The translations under genes and the position numbers were made by a program. From Acidimicrobiia bacterium (GTDB taxonomy: Bacteria; Actinomycetota; Acidimicrobiia; Spongiisociales; ZC4RG35), in NCBI GenBank assembly GCA_965203555.1, contig CBDBCY010000004.1:1088001-1152000 (forward strand): a stretch of 64,000 nt of DNA, in the 5' to 3' direction. Shown piece after piece: positions 1-9,831 of this stretch. Position 1 is the first letter of the stretch. Each line of letters opens with the position of its first letter. The notes beneath the pieces were generated by a model. It made no database searches. It saw only the letters and a program-made list of their open reading frames with translations, and was not told the origin of the DNA.

Positions 1-351
1 AGCGGCGGGTACGTTCTCTACCTGACCGAAGGCCGACTCGTGTTCGAGTACTGCTACCTCGGAGACCGCCAGACCCTGGCCTCCGCCCCCGCCTCGGCCA
101 AACCCGGCACCACCGACCTGGCCTTCCGCTTCGAACGCACCGGCGACCACCGGGGCACCGGCCGGCTTGAGTCCGACGGCGAGGTGCTGAGCGAGCAGGA
201 CATGTTCGACATGGCCCGGGGCATGATCTCCTGGGGGTCGCTGAGCGTCGGCGCCGACACCCTCTCTCCGGTCAGCGACTCCTATGCGGGCGAGTTTCCC
301 TTCAGCGGGAACATCGAACTGGTCGAATTCGCCCTCGGCGACCGCGGGTGA
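1..351 (+). CDS. 3' end of a probable arylsulfatase (C-terminal beta-sandwich domain), partial
   Basis: Open from base 1. GGYVLYL...FEYCYLG and SVGADTLSPVSDSYAGEFPFSGNIELVEF resemble the C-termini of long arylsulfatases. Confidence 0.65.
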   Translation, partial: SGGYVLYLTEGRLVFEYCYLGDRQTLASAPASAKPGTTDLAFRFERTGDHRGTGRLESDGEVLSEQDMFDMARGMISWGSLSVGADTLSPVSDSYAGEFPFSGNIELVEFALGDRG

Positions 352-511
352 TCGCCAGGAGGATTTCGTGGGCCCGGTCGCGAATCAAGAGGACCCCGTG
401 GAGGTGGGCGCCGCCGGGTGCGGGTCCCGAAGGAAGACCAGCTTCTTCCCGGGGAGGAAGAAGCGAGACGGAAAACTCAGCACGAGTTCACCTTCTGACG
501 AAAGGAAGCAA

Positions 512-928
512 ATGCGAAAAGCGTTCGTGACGATGATGGTTGCCCTGGTGGCGCTGATACCCCTTGCGGCGTGTTCGAGCGACGCGGCGGTGGTGTCCAG
601 CAACATCTCCGAGGCGGCCGACAACTTCGAGATCCAGAGACGGATCGTGTTTCTCAACGGGATCACCGACACCTATCTGCTCTCCATCGAAGGGCTGTGC
701 TCCATCGAGGACCAGCAAATCCAACTGGAGGTCACCTGCCGGGTGGGTGAGGGTGAGTACCGAAAGCACTTCCTGGGCCTGTCCGACAACGTGACGTACT
801 TCGCCGAGCAGTTGGCGCCGGCCCGGGTGTCCGCCTACCACTACCGGGTCACATTCAAGCCGCAGGTGCTGTTGCCGGACATCGACTACCGAGCCGACGG
901 TACCGACGGGCCGAGAACACAACCATAG
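512..928 (+). CDS. Small lipoprotein of a phage-associated family (mycobacteriophage L5/D29 gp64-like)
   Basis: AAGGA RBS, ATG at 512, signal peptide with LAAC lipobox. Motifs AADNFEIQRRIVFLNGITD, KHFLGLSDNVTYF and HYRVTFKP are recalled as typical of this family. Confidence 0.7.
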   Translation: MRKAFVTMMVALVALIPLAACSSDAAVVSSNISEAADNFEIQRRIVFLNGITDTYLLSIEGLCSIEDQQIQLEVTCRVGEGEYRKHFLGLSDNVTYFAEQLAPARVSAYHYRVTFKPQVLLPDIDYRADGTDGPRTQP

Positions 929-1115
929 AAAGAGACAAGGACCGCCCCCCTGTGAGGCGAGGCCACATCCTCACCACGCGTTCCCCGTCGGAACCATCCA
1001 ACCGCCTTCCGACTCACTGGCGGCGGGGGTGGGCCCGAAGGTGGCCGGTGTTTTCGCGGGATAGGGATCGATTTCGCAGCTTGGGAGGGTTCCCACCCAT
1101 CCTCTCACCCAACCC

Positions 1116-2330
1116 ATGAGCCCGCTCCCCGACGACGCGGTGCTGGTGGCCGGGGTGGGCATGACCCCCTTCGTCGGGTTCCGGGACGACGCCGGCGTGC
1201 GGGACATGGTGGCCGAGGCCGCCCGGGCGGCTCTCTTCGATGCCGGGCTCAGGTCTCCCTCGCCGATCGACATGGGGATCGCCGCCTACGAGAGCGATCA
1301 CTTCAACCGCCAGATGAGCCTCGGCCAGGTCCTCCACGACACCGTGGGCCTGGCGGGGAAGCCGGTGGTCCGGGTGGAGGGAGGCGGCGCCACCGGAGCG
1401 CTCGCCATCCGCACCGCGGCGATGGCGCTCCGCTCCGGAGAGGCCCGCTCGGTCCTGGTGTTCGGCGGGGAGACCAACGGGCGCTCGGTCGACCGGGCCA
1501 CCGCCATCGAGATCCTCGCCCTCTCGGCTGACTTCGAATGGGAGACCCCGGTGTTCGGCACCTTCGCCGCTCCCTACGCACTGATGATCACCGAGCACAT
1601 GCGCCGCTACGGCACCACCGCCGAGCAGTTCGCGCAGATCGCGGTCAAGAACCGCCGCCTTGCCCTGGACAATCCTCTCGCCCACCGGGGCATGTCGATC
1701 ACGGTGGAGGACGTGCGCTCTTCGACGCCCCTCTCGGATCCCTACCGACTGTTCGACGCAAGCCTCCTGAGCGATGGAGCGGCGGCGGTGCTCCTCGCCA
1801 CTAAGGCCTGGGCCGAACGGCACTCCCCCACCTTCACCGAGCGCCCGCCGGTGGCGATCCTGGGGAGCGGATCGGCAACCGACCATCCCCGCCTCTCGGA
1901 CCGCACAGAGGAGATGTTTCCCCACTTTGAGGCCAAGCGGAAAGCCGCCGCCCAGGCCTACCGGGAGGCGGGCATCGATGATCCGGCCGGCCAGATCGAC
2001 CTCGCCGAGATCTACGACTCCTTCAGCGGAGCGGAGTTGCAGGCCTACGAGGACCTGGGGTTGTGCCCGGTCGGTCACGGGGGACGCTCCGCTTCGGAGG
2101 GACGCTTCGACCAGGGAGGGCAGGTGGTGGTGAACCCCTCGGGAGGCCTGATGGGACGTGGTTCGGCGGTGGGCGCCACCGGGATAGCCCAGGCGGTGGA
2201 GGTGGTCTCCCAGCTCCGCGGCGAGGTTGCCGGTGCCCGAGAAGTACCCGGCGCCCGCATCGGGATCACCGACACCCACGCCGGGGTGGGGTCGCTGTCC
2301 GTCGTGAACGTCTTCGGAAGGGCGGGCTGA
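1116..2330 (+). CDS. Thiolase-family (SCP-x-like) protein
   Basis: VEGGGATG (the usual catalytic Cys is replaced), KNR..A..NPLAH, SDGAAA, AEIYDSF, VNPSGGL. Confidence 0.9.
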   Translation: MSPLPDDAVLVAGVGMTPFVGFRDDAGVRDMVAEAARAALFDAGLRSPSPIDMGIAAYESDHFNRQMSLGQVLHDTVGLAGKPVVRVEGGGATGALAIRTAAMALRSGEARSVLVFGGETNGRSVDRATAIEILALSADFEWETPVFGTFAAPYALMITEHMRRYGTTAEQFAQIAVKNRRLALDNPLAHRGMSITVEDVRSSTPLSDPYRLFDASLLSDGAAAVLLATKAWAERHSPTFTERPPVAILGSGSATDHPRLSDRTEEMFPHFEAKRKAAAQAYREAGIDDPAGQIDLAEIYDSFSGAELQAYEDLGLCPVGHGGRSASEGRFDQGGQVVVNPSGGLMGRGSAVGATGIAQAVEVVSQLRGEVAGAREVPGARIGITDTHAGVGSLSVVNVFGRAG

Positions 2331-2806
2331 TGCGGGTGACGGGGACGGAACGGAGTGTCGGTCCCGGCGGCCGGGAGGTCTACCTGCTGGCCGTCGAGAT
2401 GGCCCAGCGCTATCGCCATGCGGTGGGGTCCTCCAGCCCCTTCTACCTGGGTCTGGAACAACGGGTCCTCCGCGCCACCCGCTGCCCCGGTTGCGGAGCA
2501 TCGTGGTTCCCTCCCCGCCGGTTCTGCGACGCTCACCTCACCGAGACCGCTTGGTATGATCTCCCCGGGACCGGAACGATCATGGCGGCGACCCGGGTGC
2601 ACAGCCCTCCGCCGTTCGGAGGGATCGAACCGCCCTATATCCTTGCTTCGATCCGCCTGGACGGGGTGGAGGGAGGCATCACCCACAGAGTGATCGGCGC
2701 CGAGACGCCCCGGAAAGGAACGGTGGTCACCGTGACATTCATAGACGAAGCTCCCGCCCATCCCCTCCTGGCATTCGCCTTCGCGGCCACCGGGGAGACA
2801 TCATGA
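2330..2806 (+). CDS. Zn-ribbon/OB-fold (DUF35) thiolase partner
   Basis: CPGC...FPPRRFC zinc ribbon, GTGTI and PPY motifs. TGATG coupling to the thiolase. Confidence 0.85.
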   Translation: MRVTGTERSVGPGGREVYLLAVEMAQRYRHAVGSSSPFYLGLEQRVLRATRCPGCGASWFPPRRFCDAHLTETAWYDLPGTGTIMAATRVHSPPPFGGIEPPYILASIRLDGVEGGITHRVIGAETPRKGTVVTVTFIDEAPAHPLLAFAFAATGETS

Positions 2807-3645
2807 GCCGCCCGGTAGGGATCGAGATCTTCTACTGGCTGGACAGCTGGTACGACGACCAGTCCTCGGTGTTCCACAAGGCCGCCGAGGCGGGCTACGA
2901 CGGGGTGGAGATGTCGTTCGTGGCCGGGACCGACGTGGGCGTGCGACAAATCGCCACCACCGCATCGTCCCTGGGACTGGATGTCCTGTGCAGCACCGGC
3001 CTCACCCCGGCCATGGACGTCTCGAGCCCCGATTCCGATATTCGCGCGGCGGGGATCTACCACCTGAAATGGTGTATCGATCAAGCCGCCGCTCTGGGAA
3101 GCCCGATCCTGGGAGGCGTCACCTACGCACCGTGGATGGGGTTCCCGGAAGGCGACCTGAGCGGTCACCGGCAACGATCCGCCGAGTCGCTGCACACGGT
3201 GGCCGAGTACGCCGCCTCGGTGGGAGTCGACCTTTGCCTGGAGGTGCTCAACCGCTTCGAGAGCTACATGTTCAACACGGTGTCGGACTGCCTGTCATTC
3301 ATCGACGTGGTGGGACATGACTCCGTCAAGGTGGAACTCGACACCTTCCACATGAACATGGAGGAAGACGATCTGGCCGGCGCGGTCCGCCAGGCGGCGG
3401 GACGGATCGGCCATGTCCAGGTGGCGGCCAACAACCGCCGCGCTCCCCAGTACGGCCACATCGACTGGGCGTCTTTCCGACGTGCCCTGGACGACGTCGG
3501 CTACGACGGCTGGGTGGTGTTCGAGACTTTCCCCAACTCCGCGGTCCAGACCGGCCGTGACACCTACGCCTGGCGGGATCTCTATGACGACCTGGACGGA
3601 GAGGCGTCCGGCGCCGCCGCCTTCATCCGAGAGCATCTGGCATGA
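2803..3645 (+). CDS. Sugar phosphate isomerase/epimerase (D-psicose/D-tagatose 3-epimerase family)
   Basis: GYDGVE, LEVLNRFE, LDTFHMNMEE, NNRRAP..GHIDW, GYDGWVVFE. Confidence 0.9.
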   Translation: MSRPVGIEIFYWLDSWYDDQSSVFHKAAEAGYDGVEMSFVAGTDVGVRQIATTASSLGLDVLCSTGLTPAMDVSSPDSDIRAAGIYHLKWCIDQAAALGSPILGGVTYAPWMGFPEGDLSGHRQRSAESLHTVAEYAASVGVDLCLEVLNRFESYMFNTVSDCLSFIDVVGHDSVKVELDTFHMNMEEDDLAGAVRQAAGRIGHVQVAANNRRAPQYGHIDWASFRRALDDVGYDGWVVFETFPNSAVQTGRDTYAWRDLYDDLDGEASGAAAFIREHLA

Positions 3646-4658
3646 GCGTCCGCACTCGTCTCTTTCTCAATGACCCCGCCCATGCGGTGGCGGAGATGCT
3701 GGAGGGCTACGCGGCCGCTCATTCCGACATCATCAGGTTGTCCGACGGGATGGTGGTCCGCGCCACGCCCAAGCCGGATGGTCACGTCGGGGTGGTGATC
3801 GGCAACGGCTCCGGTCACGAACCGGCCATGATCGGCTGGGTCGGAGAAGGCCTGTTCGACGTCAACGTGCCGGGCCCGATCTTCTCCTCGCCCGGTCCGG
3901 GAGGCATCCTCGAAGGCATCAAAGCCGCCGACCGGGGCGGAGGGGTGCTGCTGCTGGTCTCCAGCCACGCAGGCGACATTATGAACGCCGAGTTGGCCAT
4001 CGACGAGGCCGATGACGAGGGGATCGAAGACGTGGAGATGGTGATCCTCTACGACGACATCGCCTCCGCGCCCCCCGGCCGGATCACCGAGCGCCGGGGC
4101 GGAGCGGGGCTGTTCTTCGTGTGGAAGATCGTGGGCGCCCTAGCCGAGAGCGGCGCGTCTCTGACCGATTGCGTGAGGATCGCCAAGAAGGCACGGGACC
4201 GCACCCGCACTCTCTCCGCGGCGATGGGGACCGTCGCACACCCGGTCAGCGGCCAACCGCTGGGAGATCCCGGGGACACCTCGGTGGCAGTCGGCCTAGG
4301 AGTGCACGGAGAGGCGGGAACCCGCCTGGGTGAAGATGTACAGGCCGACCGGATCTCGGAGCTGATGATCCGCCGCCTCGTGGAGGATGCCGAACTCGAG
4401 GCCGGAGCGGAGGTGGCCCTTCTGCTCAACAACGGAGGCTCCCTGACCATCATGGAACTCTCGGTCCTCTACCGGGGAGCCCGCGCCGAACTGGAACGGC
4501 GCGGCATCAAGGTGGCCCGGTCATGGATCGGTCCCTACGCCACCACCCTCGACATGGCGGGATTCGCCTTCGCCATCTGCCACCTGGACGAAGAGCTGAC
4601 CGACCTCTACGACGCTCCCGCCCGAGGTGCCGGATTCGGAATGCCAGGACGCGGTTAA
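3642..4658 (+). CDS. dhaK: Dihydroxyacetone/sugar kinase subunit DhaK
   Basis: GSGHEPAMIGWVG, GDIMN, DDIAS, ERRGGAG, GLGVHGEAG, TTLDMAGF. Confidence 0.92.
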   Translation: MSVRTRLFLNDPAHAVAEMLEGYAAAHSDIIRLSDGMVVRATPKPDGHVGVVIGNGSGHEPAMIGWVGEGLFDVNVPGPIFSSPGPGGILEGIKAADRGGGVLLLVSSHAGDIMNAELAIDEADDEGIEDVEMVILYDDIASAPPGRITERRGGAGLFFVWKIVGALAESGASLTDCVRIAKKARDRTRTLSAAMGTVAHPVSGQPLGDPGDTSVAVGLGVHGEAGTRLGEDVQADRISELMIRRLVEDAELEAGAEVALLLNNGGSLTIMELSVLYRGARAELERRGIKVARSWIGPYATTLDMAGFAFAICHLDEELTDLYDAPARGAGFGMPGRG

Positions 4659-4810
4659 CTGCGAGGAACTCACCGCTCTGGAGGTCCTCGCCCAGGCGGT
4701 CCACCGCGAGCATTGAGGGGTTTCTCGTCCGCCGGCCCAAACCTACGGGTTGAGCGCCTTGCGGCTTTCGACAGGTGAATCGGGGTACCTGTCGGCATGC
4801 TCCTTTGGGG

Positions 4811-5101
4811 TCAGGCCGGAATCGAGTTCCGCCAACGTTCTGACAGTCCCAGATGGGCGGCCAAGCCGGCGAAGACGTCGGCTGTGTCCTGAAAGTAGTT
4901 GGAGTGGGTGACTTTGATAGCCTCTATCGAGTCAGCACCCAGCAGCACAACCTCCACTCGGGAGTTGCTCCGGTACTGCTCTTCCCGCTCACTGTATGCC
5001 TTAAGAGCCTGGGCGGTGTTGCGGAACTCTTCAAGGCTGACCAACGCCCTTGCGTCATGGTCAAACGTGAGCAGAAAGTCAATGGTCTTCCGCTTTGCCA
5101 C
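4811..5101 (-). CDS. Putative CapRel-type antitoxin (standalone)
   Basis: Overlaps the end of the SAS gene. FLLTFD...AYSERE...VEVVLLGADSIEAIKVTHSNYF resembles the C-terminal antitoxin region of fused CapRel (VVLVS...AYPNYF). Confidence 0.65.
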   Translation of the reverse strand: MAKRKTIDFLLTFDHDARALVSLEEFRNTAQALKAYSEREEQYRSNSRVEVVLLGADSIEAIKVTHSNYFQDTADVFAGLAAHLGLSERWRNSIPA

Positions 5102-5839
5102 TTTCTTCCTTCCCTCGCATTATGAGTCCGAATGCTGCCATCATAGCCAACTGGGTGAGAATATCCATGAGGTCTTCTGTGTAAGGCTGGCCAGGCTCTC
5201 GCATCGACAAGAGCGTCGACAATCTTCTGAGCTGTGCGTGTACCTCGTCTGGGCCGTCGCCGTTCTTAAAGTCTACGCCGGTTTGCTGGTCACATCTTCC
5301 ACCATTTTGGCCCAACTGTCTTGTTCTCGGGTGCGGAGCTGCACCTCGATTCGCCGGCCGTGGTACCTCGTATAGATGTGGATGGCCCGATAACCCGAGG
5401 TTTGAGGCGACACAATATAGTCCTTGATCTTGTCGGCCTGCTGGTTGCGCCTGAGGCTGTTCGCACAGAAGCGCTCCAAGACCCGTTGGACCTGTTCTTG
5501 GGTCTTGAGAACGGCCCGACAGCCTCCGATATCCTGCATGGTCGAGAGCTTCATCTCCGGGAGTCGTCGGAGTTTGTCCTCAATGGTGGGCAGCCTCTTG
5601 AGTCGCCGCGAGATGTCAAGATCGAAGCCCTCGGTAGTCAGGCATGATCGCAACCCCATGTACGCGGCGTGCAAAGGCTCAGCATGAGCAGACCGGTAGG
5701 CGTCCACAACTTCCCGAGCCTTGCGGACTTCCTCAGACGACGGCCCTTGCCCCAAGGTGATCTGTGCCCGGCGCAATGTCTCACCGGCGCGTGTTACGTT
5801 GCCCAACGATCCAAAGGGAGGGAGGTTTGTGTCGGCCAT
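5079..5839 (-). CDS. RelA/SpoT-domain small alarmone synthetase (CapRel-like toxSAS); one frameshift near 5285
   Basis: RRLKRLPTIEDKL, MQDIGGCRAV, KDYIVSPQTSGYRAIH, IEVQLRT..QDSWA. Continues in another frame as TGVDFKNGDG... Confidence 0.85.
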
Positions 5840-6261
5840 CTGATCGTGTCCCAAGCTAATCGCTTGTAGCGCCCTCCTGTCCGCTAGGCCGATCTCCCGT
5901 CTCCAAAGGAAGAGCATAACGGACTACCGCATCCTAACCAGACAAGACTCCTCAGATGACCCGAGGATCGGGCGACGTGACTCCTGCTCCGCGATAGCAT
6001 GAGAGGAAGAGACTTCGGTTTGGCAGACCAGCGAGTGGCCCGGGGTCCCGGACTCGATCCCACCGACGAGCCATCGGACGCCGGAGAGGTTCCCTTGGTG
6101 GCTCGGCAGGGCGGACGCCCACCGCTCAAGAGCCAAGGAGGAGGAAGCCGTCGAACGCCCTCTTGGTCTTTCACTGGCGATTATCCGACAGTGAGCCGCC
6201 TCCATACCAAGGTCAGCTGAGAAGACCGACCAAACATCGCCCACTACCGTTAGTCGCTGTG

Positions 6262-6900
6262 ATGGAGCCACGACTGGCCGAACGACTGATCCTTGCCGCC
6301 GCCGGGCGGGTGAGCGACCACCAGGACGAACTGTCCCGCCTGGACGCGGTGGCCGGCGACGGCGACCACGGCGTGAACATGGCCACAGCCCTGACCGAGG
6401 CAACCAGACGAATCACAGAGTCGTCTGACACCACTCCCGGCGACATCTTCCGGACCACCGGTCGCTCATTCCACGAAACCGTGGGCGGCGCCGCCGGAGC
6501 GCTGTTCGGAGCCTTCTTCGGCGCGGTCGGCGGCCAACTCAACCGATCGGCCGTCCCCGCTTCGGCAGCCGACCTGGTGGCCGGCATGGAGAAGGGACTG
6601 GCGCGGGTGATGCGGATCGGAAAAGTCAGCACCGGCGAAAAGACGATGGTCGACGCCCTGGCGCCTGCAGTGGACGACGCTCGAAACACATCGGGACAGG
6701 GAGCCTCGCTGTCCGGGGTGCTGGTCGCGGCCGCCCGCGCCGCCCGGCGGGGTGCTCGGTCCACCGCCTCCATGGAACCCCGCGCCGGGAGGGCCCGCTA
6801 CGCCCGGGAACGCAGCATTGGGACAGAGGACCCCGGCGCCTGTACCGTGGCTCTCATATTCGAAGCCTGGGCTGAGACCGCTACAGAGGAATCAACGTGA
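6262..6900 (+). CDS. dhaL: Dihydroxyacetone kinase subunit DhaL
   Basis: LSRLDAVAGDGDHGVNM, GGAAGALFG, GEKTMVDAL, GRARY, DPGA. Confidence 0.92.
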   Translation: MEPRLAERLILAAAGRVSDHQDELSRLDAVAGDGDHGVNMATALTEATRRITESSDTTPGDIFRTTGRSFHETVGGAAGALFGAFFGAVGGQLNRSAVPASAADLVAGMEKGLARVMRIGKVSTGEKTMVDALAPAVDDARNTSGQGASLSGVLVAAARAARRGARSTASMEPRAGRARYARERSIGTEDPGACTVALIFEAWAETATEEST

Positions 6901-8339
6901 AGAGTGACCGGCGGCTGAAAGTGGCATACGTGGGGGTGGCTTTCGGCACCTACTACGCGGACGAGCACAACCAGTACGGCCGGGCGATCGGGGGCTTGCA
7001 ACGCCTTTCAGACGAGATGGATTTCGACCTGGTGGCCATCGACAGCGGCGTTCCCGACATGGAGACCGCCCTCCGGGTGGCCGCCCGGCTGTCGGAGGAG
7101 CGAATCGACTTCCTGATGCTGCAGACCGCCGCCTGCGCCTCGGGCGAACTCCTGGAGCCCCTGGCGGAGGTAGCGCCGCGCCTGGGCATCTGGGCGACCC
7201 CCGAGCCGGTCCTGGAGGGGTCCATCCAACTCCACTCCCTGGTGTCCGCCAACCACTACGCCTCCATCATCCGCCGCTACCTGCGAGACCGAAAGATCCC
7301 CTACAAGTGGTTCTTCGGCCACATCGACGAGCCCGATACCGAACGCCGACTCCGGGTCACCATCCGTGCTCTGCAGGGCATCAAGACCATGGCGTCGGCT
7401 CGGATCGGGTGGATAGGCGGCATCTCCCCGGGCTTCTACAACATGCAATTCGACGAGGACTCCCTGCAGAGCCGGTTCGGCACCACCATCGGGACCCACT
7501 CGATCACAGACGTGGTGGACATCGCCCGCGCCATAGACGCCCACTCGGCCGGATCGGTCGTCCGGGCCGCAACCGATCTGGCCACCGAGGTCACCGCTTC
7601 CGAGCTGGGCATGGACCGAAACGCCCGGGTCTACCTGGCGCTCGGCGAACTGATCAAACGCGAGGGCTACGACGCCCTGGCGGTGCAGTGCTGGCCGACC
7701 TTCCAGGAGGAGTACCACATGGCTCCCTGCATGTCCTACAGCCTCCTCGGCTCCGAGGACGGCTTCGCGGTCTCCTGCGAGGGCGACGTCCCGGGAGCGG
7801 TCACCATGCTGCTGATGAACTCCATGTCACCGACCTTCGGCTCCTCCACCCTCCTGGACCTCACCGCACTCGACCAGGGCTCCGACGCCGCCCTGTTCTG
7901 GCACTGCGGGGTGACTCCCCGCCACTTCGGGGGCGACAACGGCATCCGGTGGGTGGAGCACGTCACCCTGGGTCGCAAGACCGACGTGAGCTACGGGGTC
8001 TCGGGTGACCTGATGTTCGCCCCCCAGCAGACCACCATCGCCTACACCGGCGACGAGTTCACCGAGATGTTCATCGCCACCGCCGACGTGGTCGACACCG
8101 GAAAGGCAGGCTTCCACGGGACCCGCGGCTGGTTCACCAACTTCCGGCTCAACGGAGAGCCGATTAATCTCGACGACCTGGTCAACACGGCGGTCGTCCA
8201 GGGACACGAGCACCACTACGCGGTGGCCCAGGGCGACCTCTCCTCGGAACTGGCCGAGGTGGCCGCCTGGCTGGGGATGCGGACCACCCGCCCCGTGCCC
8301 ATCAGGGATTACCTGCAGATAGACGGGCTGAACGCCTGA
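6897..8339 (+). CDS. L-fucose/D-arabinose isomerase-like protein
   Basis: DALAVQCWP, SCEGDVPGA, LFWHCG, EHHYAV. Confidence 0.8.
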   Translation: MKSDRRLKVAYVGVAFGTYYADEHNQYGRAIGGLQRLSDEMDFDLVAIDSGVPDMETALRVAARLSEERIDFLMLQTAACASGELLEPLAEVAPRLGIWATPEPVLEGSIQLHSLVSANHYASIIRRYLRDRKIPYKWFFGHIDEPDTERRLRVTIRALQGIKTMASARIGWIGGISPGFYNMQFDEDSLQSRFGTTIGTHSITDVVDIARAIDAHSAGSVVRAATDLATEVTASELGMDRNARVYLALGELIKREGYDALAVQCWPTFQEEYHMAPCMSYSLLGSEDGFAVSCEGDVPGAVTMLLMNSMSPTFGSSTLLDLTALDQGSDAALFWHCGVTPRHFGGDNGIRWVEHVTLGRKTDVSYGVSGDLMFAPQQTTIAYTGDEFTEMFIATADVVDTGKAGFHGTRGWFTNFRLNGEPINLDDLVNTAVVQGHEHHYAVAQGDLSSELAEVAAWLGMRTTRPVPIRDYLQIDGLNA

Positions 8340-8509
8340 TCGGAGGCAGATTCCATCAACAGTGGCTGTTGAACACACTGCGCAGGCGGTGTCCAGGGTC
8401 GCTGAATACCCTCGGGCCAACTCTCCGGTACCCTCGATGACTGTTTTGGATGGATCGCCCCACATCATTACATCCGACCGATGTTTGTCACCCTATTACA
8501 ATTCTGTGC

Positions 8510-8884
8510 ATGGGTGAGCGCGAAGATGGCAACTTGAAGGTGCTCGGTCGTTGTGTTGACACCGGCGAGACACTGATTGAGGCCGACGATCTAGCTGACC
8601 TGCTGGCGTTGGCGCACAACCCCCCCGACCCCGATTCGGTGGGACGACCGCCCACCATGAGAGAATCGGCCGATCTGGACGACGCCGCTGACAATCTCTT
8701 CCTGCACCTGACCGCCGAGGAACAGGCGCTCTACCTATCAGAGGTATCGGCGGAGGAGGCTGCCATGGACCTGGAGCGACTGACGCCTTCGCTCCGGGCG
8801 ATTGTGTTCGACCTGCTTCCCCAGGTTCAGAGACAAGCCGTCGTGCGTAACTGGGATCGCCACGGTAAGGTCCTGTCCGCTTGA
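8510..8884 (+). CDS. Hypothetical acidic protein, possible antitoxin
   Basis: ATG at 8510. Helical C-terminus with MgtE-N-like repeats. Its TGA overlaps the TTG start of a toxin-like ORF. Confidence 0.45.
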   Translation: MGEREDGNLKVLGRCVDTGETLIEADDLADLLALAHNPPDPDSVGRPPTMRESADLDDAADNLFLHLTAEEQALYLSEVSAEEAAMDLERLTPSLRAIVFDLLPQVQRQAVVRNWDRHGKVLSA

Positions 8885-9123
8885 GATTCGCCGGGTCGGC
8901 TTACGAACACGGCTACACGAAGGCGGATGTGACAATGGCTCTCAGGAAGAGGATGGGAGATCGAATTGATTAACCGCGTGACGGCAGCCGCACCGTGGTG
9001 GCACCCGATCTGAGCGGCAATCCCATAGTTGTAATCGTGAACATACACGAAAACATGGTGTACCACGTCTACCGCTACGAGAAATACGAAAAGGTGTTGT
9101 TCAGAGCGTTCAGGGACCGGTGA
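8881..9123 (+). pseudogene. Small RelE/BrnT-like toxin remnant with in-frame TAA at 8971
   Basis: Hand translation: MRFAGSAYEHGYTKADVTMAL...*...VVAPDLSGNPIVVIV...VYHVYRYEKY. Resembles actinobacterial 'SA.KHG...D...GPD..G..LEV...HAM' toxins. Confidence 0.45.
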
Positions 9124-9272
9124 GATGTGAAGACGGCTTCAGTATGCCGATGCTGCTGAGACAACCGTCACCAAGGGGTTGTTGCCTCGTTCGACAGCCC
9201 AACCCTCCGACCACCGCCGACATCCGTCGGCGGAATTCTCGAGGTCAGGAAGTGACCAATCCGAGAGAATCC

Positions 9273-9490
9273 ATGGAAGCGCCAAACACACCAACCGGTA
9301 CTGACCGGTCAGCCCGCCTCGCCACCGACACCGGACACTTCGCGGTCCTGGCCATCGACCATGTGAGGTCCTTCGCCGCCACCGTACGACCCTACGACCC
9401 CGACTCGAAGAGCACCGAGGACATCTGGGCGGCCAAACGCCCCTTGGCGGAGACCCTGTGCACTCACGCCTCAGCCAAGCTGGTGCACCG
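9273..9490 (+). pseudogene. Duplicated 5' fragment of the downstream aldolase
   Basis: TGHFAVLAIDHVRSFAATVRPYDP..STEDIW is nearly identical to the start of 9832..10713, then diverges. Confidence 0.85.
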
Positions 9491-9628
9491 ATATCCTCCA
9501 TCTCCAGTTCCGGGCATTTGGAATGACACACGTTATGGATCAGGAAACCGCCCGACCGGGCAGCTCTCAGATCAGTAGATTCTCACTGCTATTGTCCATT
9601 CCTGTCCCAGAGTTAGGGAGACACCCAT

Positions 9629-9814
9629 ATGGCCGCAGATAAGGATCAGGACCGAGAGGTAGTGCTCCGGGGCAAAAGCGAGAGCATGTCCGAACCAAAG
9701 CCTCTTCTCGACGATGCGTGGCCCCTCCACCGCACCGCGGTGTGGCCGGAGAGCCTGAGGCTCAGGCGTGAGGACCTCTATGAGGAATCGGGTGAGGACC
9801 TGATCCGACCCTGA
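9629..9814 (+). CDS. Small hypothetical protein, possible orphan antitoxin
   Basis: GGAG RBS. The C-terminal WPESLRLRREDLY resembles tails of VapB-like antitoxins. Confidence 0.35.
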   Translation: MAADKDQDREVVLRGKSESMSEPKPLLDDAWPLHRTAVWPESLRLRREDLYEESGEDLIRP

Positions 9815-9831
9815 CCCATCCCCTACGCTCT

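Noticed and set aside
1014-2501. Long antisense ORFs (also 12485..13957, 10655..11668, 26680..27858, 39114..40052)
   Set aside because: Shadow frames of well-supported genes in high-GC DNA.
5950-6230. Possible gene remnant between the SAS and dhaL
   Set aside because: No convincing motif in any frame.
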